Below, in pieces: positions 1 to 14,237 of a DNA stretch of 64,000 nucleotides. The DNA is taken from assembly GCF_001194135.2 (NCBI RefSeq), contig NC_068982.1, forward strand, positions 180,472,774-180,536,773, read 5' to 3'. The number at the start of each line of letters is the position of its first letter. Position 1 is the stretch's first letter. A program made the position numbers and the translations under genes. Below the pieces are notes generated by a model. It saw only the letters and a program-made list of their open reading frames with translations. It made no database searches and was not told where the DNA came from. Origin of the DNA: Octopus bimaculoides. Taxonomy: Eukaryota.

Positions 1-44
<44 letters not shown>

Positions 45-1814
45 TAGTGTGTGTGTGTATATATGCGTATGCGATAGTGTGTGTGTCTTTGTGTATTTAT
101 GTATCTGTGGAAGGCACCGAAACAAATAGTATGAGCCATTGTGAATACAAATGTTTTCATTGACGCATATCAGTAAAAATAATGAGTAGCTGAATTTAAC
201 CGAAGTTCTATAGTTCCCTAAACTAATGACCTTTCACCCTCAGAGTTACCTATGTGTGGTGTATATCTGACAATTAACTTAGTTTTACGTTGCAAAGAAA
301 TGATTGATGAGAACGTAACTAATTAAATTGGATGCAAGGGAAATCGGACTGATATATTTAGTGTACTATATCAGGAGAGTGAGAACAACTCCCCGTAGAA
401 CAAGATACAATGTTTCTTCTCCTGTAATGGACCTCTATTTTTATTGTAAATGACTTATTTAAATAACAGTAATACTTGAAATGATATACCATTGGGAAGC
501 AATTATTTATAATTATTCTCTCTTTTTTCGGTCCCAGCAGGGAATAATGTATTTTGTTAAACATGTTGAGTTATTTAAAGGTCAAATACTCAAAATAGTT
601 TTCTTATAAATGTCCATCTCTATTAACTTAAAGCACTCAGTGTTTCAAAAGGCCTGATTATAAACTGAAATATGTTTTAGAAATTACTTATCCATATTGC
701 CGAACTTGTGTAGTTGTTTAAATCTTGTAACTTAATAACTGTTGAATGTTTCAAAGGGCATGTTGATGTAAATAAGAAATGATTAGCCGAAGGAAAAATT
801 AATTGAAGCTGCACCGTTTTTTGAGAAAATTGAAAATTGTGAGTTGGCAATGTCCATTGCCGTAAGCTGTATGATTAGATCATCTTTCAATGGTTTCATA
901 TAGAGAAGTGACTGTAAAGATATAGAGTGTACCAACTGAGCATGCATTGCTTGGTCATAATTGACGACGCATTAATTACTGAGTCTGATGCATTGATTAA
1001 GATGAAGTTGGCATTAAGCAATAATGTTTTTAATTATAAAACTGCAACGTTACCAAGAGAATGGAAAGTAATTACAAGTATAAAATCAACGGCAGTAACA
1101 ACAATAATTTAGAAAAACAGCACCACCGCCACCACCACCACCACCACCACCACCACCACCAAAACCNNNNNNNNNNNNNNNNNNNNNNNNNNNNNNNNNN
1201 NNNNNNNNNNNNNNNNNNNNNNNNNNNNNNNNNNNNNNNNNNNNNNNNNNNNNNNNNNNNNNNNNNNNNNNNNNNNNNNNNNNNNNNNNNNNNNNNNNNN
1301 NNNNNNNNNNNNNNNNNNNNNNNNNNNNNNNNNNNNNNNNNNNNNNNNNNNNNNNNNNNNNNNNNNNNNNNNNNNNNNNNNNNNNNNNNNNNNNNNNNNN
1401 NNNNNNNNNNNNNNNNNNNNNNNNNNNNNNNNNNNNNNNNNNNNNNNNNNNNNNNNNNNNNNNNNNNNNNNNNNNNNNNNNNNNNNNNNNNNNNNNNNNN
1501 NNNNNNNNNNNNNNNNNNNNNNNNNNNNNNNNNNNNNNNNNNNNNNNNNNNNNNNNNNNNNNNNNNNNNNNNNNNNNNNNNNNNNNNNNNNNNNNNNNNN
1601 NNNNNNNNNNNNNNNNNNNNNNNNNNNNNNNNNNNNNNNNNNNNNNNNNNNNNNNNNNNNNNNNNNNNNNNNNNNNNNNNNNNNNNNNNNNNNNNNNNNN
1701 NNNNNNNNNNNNNNNNNNNNNNNNNNNNNNNNNNNNNNNNNNNNNNNNNNNNNNNNNNNNNNNNNNNNNNNNNNNNNNNNNNNNNNNNNNNNNNNNNNNN
1801 NNNNNNNNNNNNNN

Positions 1815-2138
1815 AGACCGAGCGTTGTGAGTGTTTATTGGGCGAAAACATCTATAAACTCCACGAGGCTCCGGCAGGGGATGGTGGCAAACCCTTCTGT
1901 ACTCTTTTACCTCAACTTTCTCTCACTCTTACTTCCTGTTTCTGTTGTGCCTGTAATTCAAAAGGTCAGCCTTGTCACACTGTGTCACGCTGAATATCCC
2001 CGAGAACTACGTTAAGGGTACACGTGTCTGTGGAGTGCTCAGCCACATGCACGTTAATTTCACGAGCAGGCTGTTCCGTTGATCGGAGCAACTGGAACCC
2101 CCAACGTCGTAAGCGACGGAGTGCCAACAACAACAACA
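1815..2138 (+). mobile_element. SINE-like retroposon with (CAA)n tail, 5' end lost in gap
   Basis: GC-richer island ending GACGGAGTGCC(AAC)n; resembles from memory an octopus short retroposon; no ORF. Confidence 0.55.
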
Positions 2139-2779
2139 TTTCTGAGTTCAAATCTAACCGCAGACAAACTTTGTTGTCCATTTTCCCGGAGTCGATATAA
2201 TAACATACTGGTCGATGTAACCGATGTACATCATTGTAACACGTGTACAAAGGTGCCTAGGGTGGAAATATATATTTGAAGAATTTAACCATATTTTAAG
2301 TTTTAAACGTATGAAGTACCCATACACGTACAACTACAAGCACACACCTACATTCAAATAAGCAATCAATTATACAAGAGTGTGGAATCAGCACGGCCGA
2401 ATAGTTAAGAGGTTCGCTTCCTAACCGTGAGTTTAATATCTTGCATTTGATATCTTGTATATCTTGGATTTTACCATATCTTTGGGTACACCTAAGTCTT
2501 GTGAGCATGTAATCTAACGTTAGACTGTGTCCCGCCAATTTTGTGTTAGAATTATGCAAAACATACATCTATCGCAATAGAATACTCAACCACTTCAAAC
2601 GCCTTTTAATAAGCAGGTAACCGAATGAATTGAACGCCCATTGTGGATAGCGGTGAATATTTGTTTCTATATGCATACATACAAACACAAAGCACTTTCC
2701 TGCTGAGAAGAACATGAAAGCATTCCCTGCAGGTCATACATGTATGCTTACATACGTACATACATACATATATGTATAT

Positions 2780-2813
<34 letters not shown>

Positions 2814-3068
2814 NNNNNNNNNNNNNNNNNNNNNNNNNNNNNNNNNNNNNNNNNNNNNNNNNNNNNNNNNNNNNNNNNNNNNNNNNNNNNNNNNNNNNNN
2901 NNNNNNNNNNNNNNNNNNNNNNNNNNNNNNNNNNNNNNNNNNNNNNNNNNNNNNNNNNNNNNNNNNNNNNNNNNNNNNNNNNNNNNNNNNNNNNNNNNNN
3001 NNNNNNNNNNNNNNNNNNNNNNNNNNNNNNNNNNNNNNNNNNNNNNNNNNNNTATATATATATATATA

Positions 3069-3099
<31 letters not shown>

Positions 3100-3689
3100 G
3101 AAATATGGAAATGGAATTCACAAGACTGTTTATTGTTTATTATTCACTAAGGTCGTTTCGACCCAACGCATATCGGTGCCTCGCGGGTGAGATATTGTAC
3201 AAACAGTTGTGATGCATCACTGGTGCAGATGTGTCTCGGCAGGTGTCTTGTCAAAAAGTACCTTGTTTTTTAAATCTGCATTTCGCTAATTTTAATTAGA
3301 ATACATTTTGGTAGTTATCGTTTGCTATCCGTATGCATGAGAAACGTGAGTTAAAATGAACTCTTCTAGTGTTAGGAATTCTTGAAGTAAATTCAGTGGC
3401 ATTTAAATCCACACTGCTGATTGTATCAGGTTGGCGAATACAGCGAACTCGCTGTAAGCGGCATACTACATGCATACCTGCGTGCATGTGTTTGTGTATA
3501 TAGGTATATGTATATTTGTATGTAAATATATGCATACATATAGGATATATACATACATATATAAATATATAAATAAATATATTTTTTATTCTTTTATGCA
3601 TTTCCGCCCAAAGTCTGTGGTCATGGTAGGGTATCGTCAGTTTAATCCCCTTTTCAACGTCCATTCTTATGCAACTGGCCTTTGGTGAA

Positions 3690-4215
3690 GAGAGAGTTCA
3701 ACACTGGTGGCCTCCCCTGAGTTTCTTGCCGTGACGTAAGTTCATCTTGGTCGTTGAGCAGCAGGAGAACAAGTTGTTTCTTGAAAACATCCACCCTTAC
3801 TCGATGTAACTCATGCAGTTGTTTTGTCAATTATGAAGTAGTTGTGGGCCCTAAAACCGAAGCTATTGCAGTACATGTTCTTTACTCTAGACAGGATAGC
3901 TGAGACCTTCGGACAGTACGGGGTCTGGTATAGCTCTAGACGCCAAAATTTGATGACAACCCCTCTAGCGTCTTCCATAGTGTGCATATCTGTCCCGGCT
4001 TCGCTTCAGGGAGAAGTGTCGTATTTCTTTCAGTCTCCCCTAGTATCTCAGTTGATGCAAGTTTCCTGGTGTAGCACCACTGAACTGGCTCTGGTTCCGC
4101 TATTGATTTGACATTATGGCGTGACCGCAGTTGAGAGCAGTAGTCTAGGTGGCTGAGTACAAATGCCCTCCATAGAACCAGCATAGTTTCCTGGTCCCTT
4201 TTCTGCTCTATTTAG
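3690..4215 (-). mobile_element. CR1-clade LINE, 3' ORF2 remnant
   Basis: Minus strand RDQETMLVLWRAFVLSHLDYCSQL..., the typical post-RT region of CR1 ORF2, continuing with frameshifts. Confidence 0.8.
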
Positions 4216-4472
4216 CATTACCAAACAAATCAAAGATAAAGATCCCATCATCTTCAAACGATGCCAGGAAAATTTTCTTCAAGGGATGCCAAATACCTGG
4301 ACATATCACAGACAATAACAAATCGCTACTTGAGTGGGCCATCATTCCGCAAAAGATGACTTATAAAAGAACTTAACAGATTTATCAGATTTATCAAGCC
4401 TTGGCCAATTTTTGTCCGCGGCATATCTAAGTTTATATATATATACATATATACATACATACATACATGCAT

Positions 4473-4511
<39 letters not shown>

Positions 4512-5293
4512 GATGTGTGCCTTTGCCTGACATTCCGCCACCGAATAAATATTGCCTCTCCCGCTTTCACAAAACATTTCCTCGACCATATTTTTTTCTA
4601 TGTTTCATGACAAATTTTTCTTTCGGTTATAAATTTGAAACGATTGAAACATTTATTGTGACAGTACCATTAATGTCTTGATTATGGAATCTATAAATCA
4701 ATCGCATCTCGTCGATGTTTGTAAAGTCTTTGAACCATTTCGACGTCAGCTTTCGTTTATGCTAAGTGTGTCATTAAATATCGAAACACGCAACACAATT
4801 GCATCTATTTGCATATGTTCATCTTCATATTGAATCGAGGTATTATTGTAATCTTTCGACACAATGAAGACCTTTGAGTGCTTTTGCTACATTGATAGTC
4901 TGCAGCATAACTATTAGGCACGGTTGGTTGAAGGTTTCACAGAGTATATTTTCTTAGAAATTTTACAAAGTGTAATGGACGCCAAGGTGATCTTGAAAGA
5001 ATTACGTTTAGAATTCTTGAACGTTTTAAACGAGTACCGTTGACTATTACAAATTGACATCAGTCACTTAAAACTCAACAACGTTTTCATATTTAGAGTA
5101 ATACCGAGGAAGCAGCCTTCAGCTTATCACGTGTTTAAAGGTGTTGAAATTCCTTGTGAAACCGATATAGTGTGCATTCATTTGATTGAAGAAACTACTG
5201 TAACATTCAGTCCTAATGCAGCCTGAATGCCATCAGGGTGCTATATTTTGGCAGTTGCATTTTTTCATTTTCAGTATGCAATATGTTATTATT

Positions 5294-6590
5294 CCTAGTA
5301 TACACATAAATACTTTTACAAATTTTCTCCTTTAATTTTCCATAGGTTTTTGTACCTAAAATATTTTTTCGTTGTATCAGTCACAACCTTCTGCATTGAA
5401 TTTCGGGTATTAACTGATCTATTTTTCCTATTTAATAATGGAATGAGTGTCAAAGAAAACCGTATAACTTGTTGGTCTTCACATGTTAGGTCACGATGCA
5501 TCCACTATTTTCAAACTGCTTGAACCGCTTGAAAGTAACAAAATATTTCTATATCGCACCATAAAGTGGTTTGCAGCTGATCAGACTATCAATGACATTA
5601 CAAGGGAATGTCGTCCTTGCACTGTGAGGAACCCTAAGAAGGTCAAAGCTGTTGGAGCTATAATTCGAAAGATTCCTCTGAGGAAGCAAAACATTATGGC
5701 TAGAGAGACGAAAATTTCCCCCAGATTGATGTCTAAATTAACCAGGGAAGAGCTAAGGTTGCGTGACTATTATTGACTTACATGTTAAAACCTTCATTGA
5801 CAATGATCAGTGTGACAAGAGCCAAACAGCTTCTTCTCTGGTACGCAGGAGGTGCTCATAGAAACATCCTTTACACATATGAGAACATTTTCAACACAGA
5901 AGAAAACTACAACCGTCAAAATGACAGTGTATGCCCACAGCTCTAAGGAAGCTTCCGAGATCGTTCACAAAGTTTAAAGAGACCATCATCCTGCCTCAGT
6001 CATAGTTTGGAGGGATGTATCTTACGAAGGGGTGATTGAGCTTCATTTATGTGGAAAAAAGGGGTGAAAACCACGGATCATATGTACATCACTGATGACC
6101 TACTGGGTAAAGTTAAGAGCCTTAACAAATCCTTGTTCAATTGCAAAGAATGGAGCTTCCAGCAGCACTGAGCACCAGCACAAAAAGTCAAGGTTACTCA
6201 AGAGTGGCTGTCACAGAATGTTTCTGACATCATCAAGTTGGCGGATTAGCCCTTTGGCAGTCCGGATTTGAATCCTCTGAATCACAAACTGTAGTCAGGG
6301 TTGGAGGGAATGACTTGTGGTAAGCCGCACAAAAATTTGGATTATCTTAAGCGTGCTCTTGTCGCTGCAATGACCGACTAATTTTCCAACTAATATTGCG
6401 CGTACTGCAATAAATGAATACCCTGAGCGTTTGATGCGTTGTGTCGGCAACAGAGGGGATCATTTTGAATAAGTTTTGCGAAGTTATTTCTTTGTTCAGC
6501 CCACAGATAAATGTTCAAAATTTCATTTGAATGAGATCGATAACTATCCTGAAATCTTTTTATTTTAACAATATTTATGACTATACTAGG
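5294..6590 (+). mobile_element. Full-length defective DD37D (maT/Bmmar1-like) Tc1/mariner transposon, 1297 bp
   Basis: 25-bp TIRs, 21/25 match (5294-5318 CCTAGTATACACATAAATACTTTTA vs RC of 6566-6590 CCTAGTATAGTCATAAATATTGTTA); right flank TA, left TT; transposase remnant inside. Confidence 0.9.
5483..6472 (+). pseudogene. DD37D transposase pseudogene
   Basis: KKVKAVGAIIRKIPLRKQNIMARE..., ENIFNTEENYNRQND, HHPASVIVW, FQQH*APA...37 residues...SPDLNPLN; several stops and frameshifts, catalytic Asp positions replaced. Confidence 0.9.
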
Positions 6591-6899
6591 TAGGTCTCGT
6601 TTAAGTGATTTTGGATCATTATTACTTCTAAAGAAGCTTTGGGAAAGAAATCAACTAACATCATATTTTCCATATTTAATCTCCTTCACTATAAGGTATA
6701 TATCATATAGCTTGGCTTCATTGGCTGCTGCCTGTAAGAATCCTACTGGCTCATCGTGTTATTTCTATGCGTAGTAGCGAGACAATGGAAAAGGCCAAGT
6801 CGTTCCTTTGACATTTCGTTTAACTTGTGTCGATGGTTGGTTGTTTACATAGAGAAATGACTCTATGGTGTTAATTTACATTTTCTACTGCATCTTTTG

Positions 6900-7660
6900 T
6901 TAATTATTTCCAAGTTAACAATCTCTGCGCCGAAATATGATCAAAAGCTTTCCAATCATGATCATCCCATCCTTTTGTACATTCAGGACTTCATTGTCTG
7001 ATGTATTCTTCCATTTTGTAAGTACTCGATTTAAGAGAATTTGGCGTCTGTTTCTAGCAGGTAAAGCAGCATTACAGAAGCTCATTTCTATTTCATTTTT
7101 TTCTCTCAGTTTCTACAGCAGGACTGAAAGTTTTCATGATACCATCAATTTGTGCTCTTTACGCATTTCAGATTTTACCTTTATACATTAAATATTCTAT
7201 CTCTGGAGATGAGACGTTTGTACTATTTGAACTTACCTTGTGTGGCGTATTTCAAACATTGTTTGCATTATCGGTATTAATTGCTTCGATTTAGTGTCTG
7301 CGAAAATTCGTACGGGATGGAGTTAGGGTTCTTGATGTGAGATTCATAGAAATACTTTCCTTTGGACCACACATTAATAACTCCAATTTATTTTTAATCA
7401 GGTAATATTTCGGTAGACATTACTAATGTATTCTACGGAACTATTGAATGTCGCTGTTTCAAGTTCAATAGGTAACAACTCTAATGTACAAGACTAATCT
7501 TGGTGAACTGTGATAAATATACTTGTTGCTTGTGAGCATGAGGTGATATTTCTGAGTTAATCATGGCCTTCTACAGTTCTTCGAATCTAATTAGTGTTTT
7601 ATTCTGCTCGTCACAGTATTGAGTTGCTTTCTCTGCATCAATATGCAATAGACACTGAGT
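6900..7660 (-). mobile_element. Highly decayed non-LTR RT remnant
   Basis: Minus strand DWKAFDHIS (DxxKAFD-like) and WSKG-like peptide; otherwise unalignable by eye. Confidence 0.3.
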
Positions 7661-8354
7661 TTGAGTTTAATATCAAAAATAAGAATGTGACATTTTTTTG
7701 AAAGTACGTCAATTCCATCATGGTTTTATACTTTTCTGTATATTAGCCAAAAGCGAAGTTACTCAATATGCTATAAATAGCATATTATTGACTGCTATAA
7801 ATAGTAGGCAGTCAATATTTAGAACTAACAACTAAATCGTTCATCATTCACAATAAACGAATCTTTAAAGAAAGTATGACACTGGATACAAGTACACATG
7901 TATGTATGTATAAGTATAATGTTTGAATTTATATATGTATATATGTATCTATTTAACTTAATGTATCTCTATTTGTATGTGAAATTGAGACAGAGAGGAT
8001 AAAAAAAAGGGCTTAAGTGGGAAAAAGAGAATGGGAATAAGAAATAGAATAAGGGATGGATTGGTGTGTGTGTGAGATTATATATGTGTATGTGTTTCTG
8101 CACGTATCAGTGAGTATGTGTGTAGTAGAACAGATAAACAAACAAGACACTCAGACAGAAAAATACACACTGCAATAATTCTGAGGAGTGGCGAAACAGA
8201 AGGGATTGACAGAATGAAAGATAAGTATGCTGTGAAACAGACATAATGAATGACGAAGGTTAGTTATAGACCAGAAACGTTATGAATAGTTATACCAGAA
8301 ATAAGTGAAATGATACATATATGTACGTATATATGCATAAGTGCATATATATGT

Positions 8355-8405
<51 letters not shown>

Positions 8406-8415
8406 NNNNNNNNNN

Positions 8416-8472
<57 letters not shown>

Positions 8473-8746
8473 TGAGCAGAAACTGGTAGTATGAGGTCGA
8501 GAGTGTGCGACTGGGAACATAAGAAGGAATTACTGAGAGTTGTAGACAGTTCTAATTAAAGGATCACACTTTGTTGTGATTTGCAGTGTTTATCTGTAGT
8601 ATGTCAGACAGACGTCTATTTCAAGAGGTAAGGAAACTGTATAAAGATGGCAAGAAGCCAGAGATGTTTGGTAGGTAAGGTTGGGATGACAACAGAATAA
8701 CAGATAACTGCATCTTACCTGCTGTGAAGGATGTCTGACAACGTTG

Positions 8747-8794
<48 letters not shown>

Positions 8795-10090
8795 GCACAC
8801 ACACGCACACATACATATTACTGGTATGCATATACATGTACACACTCATATGGAAAGAGAAAGAGAGAGAGAAAAGGAAAGTGAGAGAGAGCAGGAGAGA
8901 GAGAGAGTGGCAAAATGTATATTATTATTACCTATATTTCTAGTATATGTATGCGAAAAGTCAATGCCGCGAGTGATGTACGTCTACCTTCCCGCTGCGT
9001 AGGTTGTTGTGTTTATGTGATATTTCGCACGTAAACATAATGCACGCAAGTATTCACACAAAAGCGCGCTCGCGCTCGTGCACACTCTCACATACACACG
9101 AGAAGCACACACATACACACATATACACAAACACACACATATCACATACAGATACATATATACGTTTATACGTATGTATATAGATATACCTAGCTAAATA
9201 CAATGTGCATGCATATGTGTGTGTGTGTGTGTGTGTGTGTGTAATGACATGGAGGCGAATTTGTAGTAATCATTTTTAACACCTTTATTCTGTTTCATGA
9301 GGGTATTTTATCTGTTTCTATTTGCAAACGGAAGTAAGATGAACTCAGTGCGCGATATATGGGCCACTCTAGTTACTCGATTTTACCTCGTTTGCAATTT
9401 AGTAGGCACGAAATGGTTAAAAACAGTCAAATAGTCGCATGAGAAATGTTTAAAATCGTTCTCTGGCAATACTTCATTAACTTCCCTGCGTTATGCTCAC
9501 AATGTACAAACTTTGTATGCATCTTCACGATCTGGCATTTCTTTATTTTCTATTACTATACAAAGACGATTGATTTAGAAAGCTGATGAACAAGCAAAAC
9601 AGGGTCAAATCATTATGATAAAGAGACAAAGGGGGCAATATGCACGTGGATATGTTTTTCTTTTTCTTGTGACGTTGGGTATGTAATCAGACAAGCTATC
9701 GCTGTTGAGTTAAGAAAAACGCTTTCAATTTTGGCACAGATTAAAATGAATTGTTTTAACGCCACACGAAAAATCTGTACGGGCGAGCAAATGTTTTTGC
9801 TAAAAGCATAGGCATTCTTGCCATTGTTGCTATGTACATCGCTATATATATANNNNNNNNNNNNNNNNNNNNNNNNNNNNNNNNNNNNNNNNNNNNNNNN
9901 NNNNNNNNNNNNNNNNNNNNNNNNNNNNNNNNNNNNNNNNNNNNNNNNNNNNNNNNNNNNNNNNNNNNNNNNNNNNNNNNNNNNNNNNNNNNNNNNNNNN
10001 NNNNNNNNNNNNNNNNNNNNNNNNNNNNNNNNNNNNNNNNNNNNNNNNNNNNNNNNNNNNNNNNNNNNNNNNNNNNNNNNNNNNNNNNNN

Positions 10091-10121
<31 letters not shown>

Positions 10122-10460
10122 GTATGTATGTATGTCTATATTTCAAGACACTTGGTAAAAATAGAAACAAACCAATCCATAGTTTTTACACAGAAAAAAT
10201 CGATACGCGACTTGTCCATATATGTTTATATGTAAATTTCTGTTTCTACGTATGTAATTCTGTTGGCGTATCTCTATATCTTAACTATACATAGTTTTGC
10301 TGTTTGTAAGGATTCCACTCTGTTTGTTGTGTAAGATCTTCGAAATATGAATAGAGTTACAGCACGTAAATCCTAAAAAAAGAAATCAGAGTATGAAGAA
10401 TTAGTCATAATTCACTGCATTTGTTCTCCGAATTTCACTGACCGATGATTAGTTAATATT

Positions 10461-10541
10461 TGGTGAGCTTCTGCGGGTGAGTATTTTTCCCAGCGTGCCA
10501 ACTCGCCACTTGGAAAAATACTCACCCGCAATTTTTTACCA
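10461..10541. other. Hairpin: perfect 19-bp stem, 21-nt loop, extendable lower stem
   Basis: 10472-10490 TGCGGGTGAGTATTTTTCC is the exact RC of 10512-10530; 10461-10467 pairs with 10535-10541 (two G.U) beyond a 4x4 internal loop. Confidence 0.9.
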
Positions 10542-11555
10542 TAGTTCTTATGTTCACGGGGGTTTTATTTCATTTTTTAGTTTATTTAATGATTTGATGA
10601 AAATACTTGTTGGTCCTGGTATATTCAATCGTGTTAATTTTAGAGACTTAGGGTCTGATTGTTATTGCAAAAATAGTATTTCTCAGTAAGCGGACCAATA
10701 TTTGTTGGTTTAAATACGAATTGAGATTTTACTTCGAGAAATATAGCCATCGATCAATATCAAAAATACAGAAAACAAATGAAAAAAAATACTTTTCTTC
10801 CTCCAAAATGACGAACTTCTGTACTGCAAAAACAGTAAGGTCCTTTTCAGATTCACCGCCCTCAAATTAGCTTAGAAAGAAGTTTGGTGTCTTGACACAA
10901 TCTCAATTTTTTTTTCTTGTTGACCAATGTAATTAGTGAGTGAGTGGTGTTGAAGTGTGAGTGCATGGTGAGTGAATCGTGTCAGAGTGAAAGTGAATTG
11001 TGAGTGGATGATGTCGGAGTGAGAGTGCATAGAGAGTGGATGTTGAGATGTGAACGGATAGTGATTGGTGACTATATGTTGAGAAAGTAGAATTGCAGAT
11101 GAAATAGATGCATAATGTAACAGATGAAACCAACAAAATATCTCGAAGACAGATAAATATTTAAAGTTGCAATATTATACATACTAAAAATCATAGCTTC
11201 TGTGATGACGAAATATATATAAAAAAAAGTTTATACATTCTTGAAATAGTCATAATATATATTGCTTAAGTAATTGTTTTATAGTAAGCGCAGAATTTCA
11301 GGTTTTTAAAGCCTCCGTTTTCTTTCTAAAAGCTGTAAAACAAACTGATATTTCACCAACACATATTTATAGAAGCAGAGGCAGATATGCAAAATCATAT
11401 TGTTATATCCCCACATACAGCTCTCTTTTTATGTATTTCCTTCCTTATAAGTCTGTCTTCCTTCTCTGTTTTCCTCGTTCACTTTCTCCACTCCCAGCCT
11501 ACGTATACACAATATGTGTGTGTACAGACAGACACACACACACACACACACACAG

Positions 11556-11586
<31 letters not shown>

Positions 11587-11734
11587 GACACACACACACA
11601 AATACACACACATAAACAAATACACACACACACACTGATACACACACATATACACACACACACATGTTAAAATGGGGAAATAGTTATACGAATAGGTATT
11701 TACCTCACTTTTTCTTTCTCTCTCCCTGTGTATG

Positions 11735-11803
<69 letters not shown>

Positions 11804-11829
11804 TGTATACACACCCACCCATTCGTACA

Positions 11830-11862
<33 letters not shown>

Positions 11863-13129
11863 GCATGCATATATATATTAGTCGGTAAAAATTTTTCTGT
11901 ACATTTGTATACATTCTTATGCACCAATATACAAATATACACGCACGCGCACACACAAAATGACATAAATATAAACATCTGCAGCGATACACAAATGTAT
12001 GCAGCCATGAAGTGCGTTGTAAGTTGAGTGATTTGATGCAAGATAAGAAGCAAAATACAGAGAAGTGGGGAAAGAAGTAAAGAAGGGAAAACATAAAACA
12101 AGGAGGATTTATTTCCTCATAAATCAGGTCGGCATAGTACGAAGTGTTTGAAGAAAGTTACAAAGTAATTATGTATCTCTTTGTACTGTCAGAAACATCA
12201 GAACTCAGAAGCCATGAGAATTTATCTCAAAATAAGAGCTGTCGGGAATAAATCTAAGCTAACCAGTCAGTCAAAGCGCTTTCGTTTTCTACGATCTGAA
12301 TTCTTCCATCCAACGACCAGCTTTAAGCTACTTGAAATCGACATGCATGCTGTCCAATTAAACTGGGATATTTAACTAATCTTTCACCGCATGTTTAGCA
12401 CACTATCTCTTCCTCAAACCTGTTTTATATATCCCAATTTGAATCAATACTATTTCAGCTTTTGCCTTCAGCTGCAACTGCTAGGCATCATTAAGCATCT
12501 CTCAAGATATCTCGGCTTTACCCAATATGTGAAGTGGCCACAAAATATGATGTGGGATAAGCAGCTGTAGTTGTTTTAAATCAGCAACACGTAACAGTTT
12601 TGATATCAGCAAACATTACGAGTAAACAAGGAAGCATCTATGCGATCTCTTCTCCTAGATATAGCAGCGAAACTTCCGAAGAAAAAAATGAATGAAAATG
12701 GAAAATACATTAAGATAAACACTTCCAGAAGTCAAATTCAAGAAGGATTCACCAAACCAGCAAAAACCTCAACAACACAGACGACTATGTGAAACAGCAA
12801 ATGAAGAACAAAACTACAATAAAATTACTCATTTTTTCCTGATGACTTTTCTATATTAATTATTATTTTATCTAACTGTGGACCGACTCGCGCTTTAAAA
12901 TACACCACAAACTGAGTGTAGCATACCGATGTAACCACCCGTAGTTAATGTAAAATCCTTCTCAATCTGTTTAAAATAAAAATTTCCTTTCTTACAATAA
13001 TAATTTCCTTTCTTACCCTAACAACAATTATTTTCCCCTAGACCCTATTCAATATTTACTTCACTCATCGTCGACTCCTTTACAATTTACAAAGTTTACC
13101 AATAGGGCATGGTAGTGTTAAGTCCCACA

Positions 13130-13720
13130 GTACTTTAATGTTTCTACAGGCTTCCTTCTGTATTTGGCATTGGGGACGGGAGTTCAACACAGCTACCCTC
13201 AGCTGTATTTCTTGCTGTTGTGTTATTTCCTCAGAGATATCAGGTATCAGAATGTACTGATGTTTCTTGGATTCATTTGTACTCAGTTCATATAAGCCTC
13301 ACATTTTTGTTTGTTTTTGTAGAAACTATAAAAAAAATCCGAGTTCCTTTGAATCCTAAGCTATTACAATATCTGTGGAAAATGGTAAATTTGGTACTAT
13401 CTATCAGTGTCCAGTTCATAGTTCTCATTGCCAAAGTTGGTGGCAGCAAATATCTTCCATGTGTACCACTGCATGACAATCGATATTTTAAAGTATTAAT
13501 TTATTCATCTTTATTCCTCAACTATGAGAAATAACATTGTTTTATCATTTGATTTACATTTTTCTCCAAGTATCGGTTTTCAATAATATGAAATATCATC
13601 TTTATCGCCGATTGCATAATTTCATTGTAACATATTTATCCTTATATACTCTGTACCATATCTATTTGAAAGATACTTTTCTCGTTTGGAATTACCATAG
13701 ACATAATACTTGATTTTAAT
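13130..13720 (-). mobile_element. CR1-clade LINE 3' remnant
   Basis: Minus strand WKIF...NFGNENY and RYCNSLGFKG, like the CR1 ORF2 C-terminal region seen at 3.7-4.2 kb. Confidence 0.6.
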
Positions 13721-14021
13721 ATCTTTTATTTTTATTCAATTAATAAGTCTGGCTTCTTTATTTGCATGTTACCCAAACAAGTTACTTTTCTGTTTTTAAC
13801 AAAAAATTCTTTAGTTTATTTCTAAATGGACAGATAAAATTTGTTTTCATATGTACTGATTTAGTCTCTTAGATTTCATCCTGACCCACGTTGTAGTAGC
13901 AGTATACTTCCTTCAATTTATTTCTGATATGGTAACGTAGTTTTTTTTTTTTTTTGAAGTACGGTTTTTAAATGGTCACATTCGTAATTTTGTTTCATTT
14001 GATTGGAAACTTTACATTATA

Positions 14022-14237
14022 TGAGAGCGTGCTGAAAAGTTCCTTGCTTTAAGGGTCTCGTAAAAGGCCTGACTGGAGGCTCAAACTTTCAAGTTCTTTA
14101 AAGGGCTAAGGAAAAATGAAGGAACGCTGCAATAAGTGTGTGAATCCGAGTGGGAAATATGCTGAATTAAATCATAATTAACAGGTCCTCCTGCATTTTC
14201 TTTTACCCAAAGCCAGGAACTAGTCAGGACTCCCTCG
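14022..14237 (+). mobile_element. Mariner-derived MITE, 216 bp
   Basis: TA flanks (14020-21, 14238-39); degenerate TIR TGAGAGCGTGCTGAAAAGTTCCTTGCTTT / CGAGGGAGTCCTGACTAGTTCCTGGCTTT; internal ERCNKCVNPSGKYAE resembles a mariner transposase C-terminus. Confidence 0.75.

Noticed and set aside
1061-1993. Long ORFs containing X runs, here and at other gaps (e.g. 30220-31269, 45718-46615, 57968-58690)
   Set aside because: Open only because they cross N-gaps and simple repeats
8587-8627. Possible upstream exon (TTGCAG|...GAG|GTAAGG)
   Set aside because: Equally strong donors lie nearby on both strands, so indistinguishable from chance without RNA data
11387-12101. HT/CV/YI-repeat ORFs, also at 14.4, 25.7, 48.6 and 61 kb
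   Set aside because: Translations of (CA)n/(TA)n microsatellites
12240-12820. Possible old LINE remnant (MFADI on minus)
   Set aside because: No second motif could be placed in register
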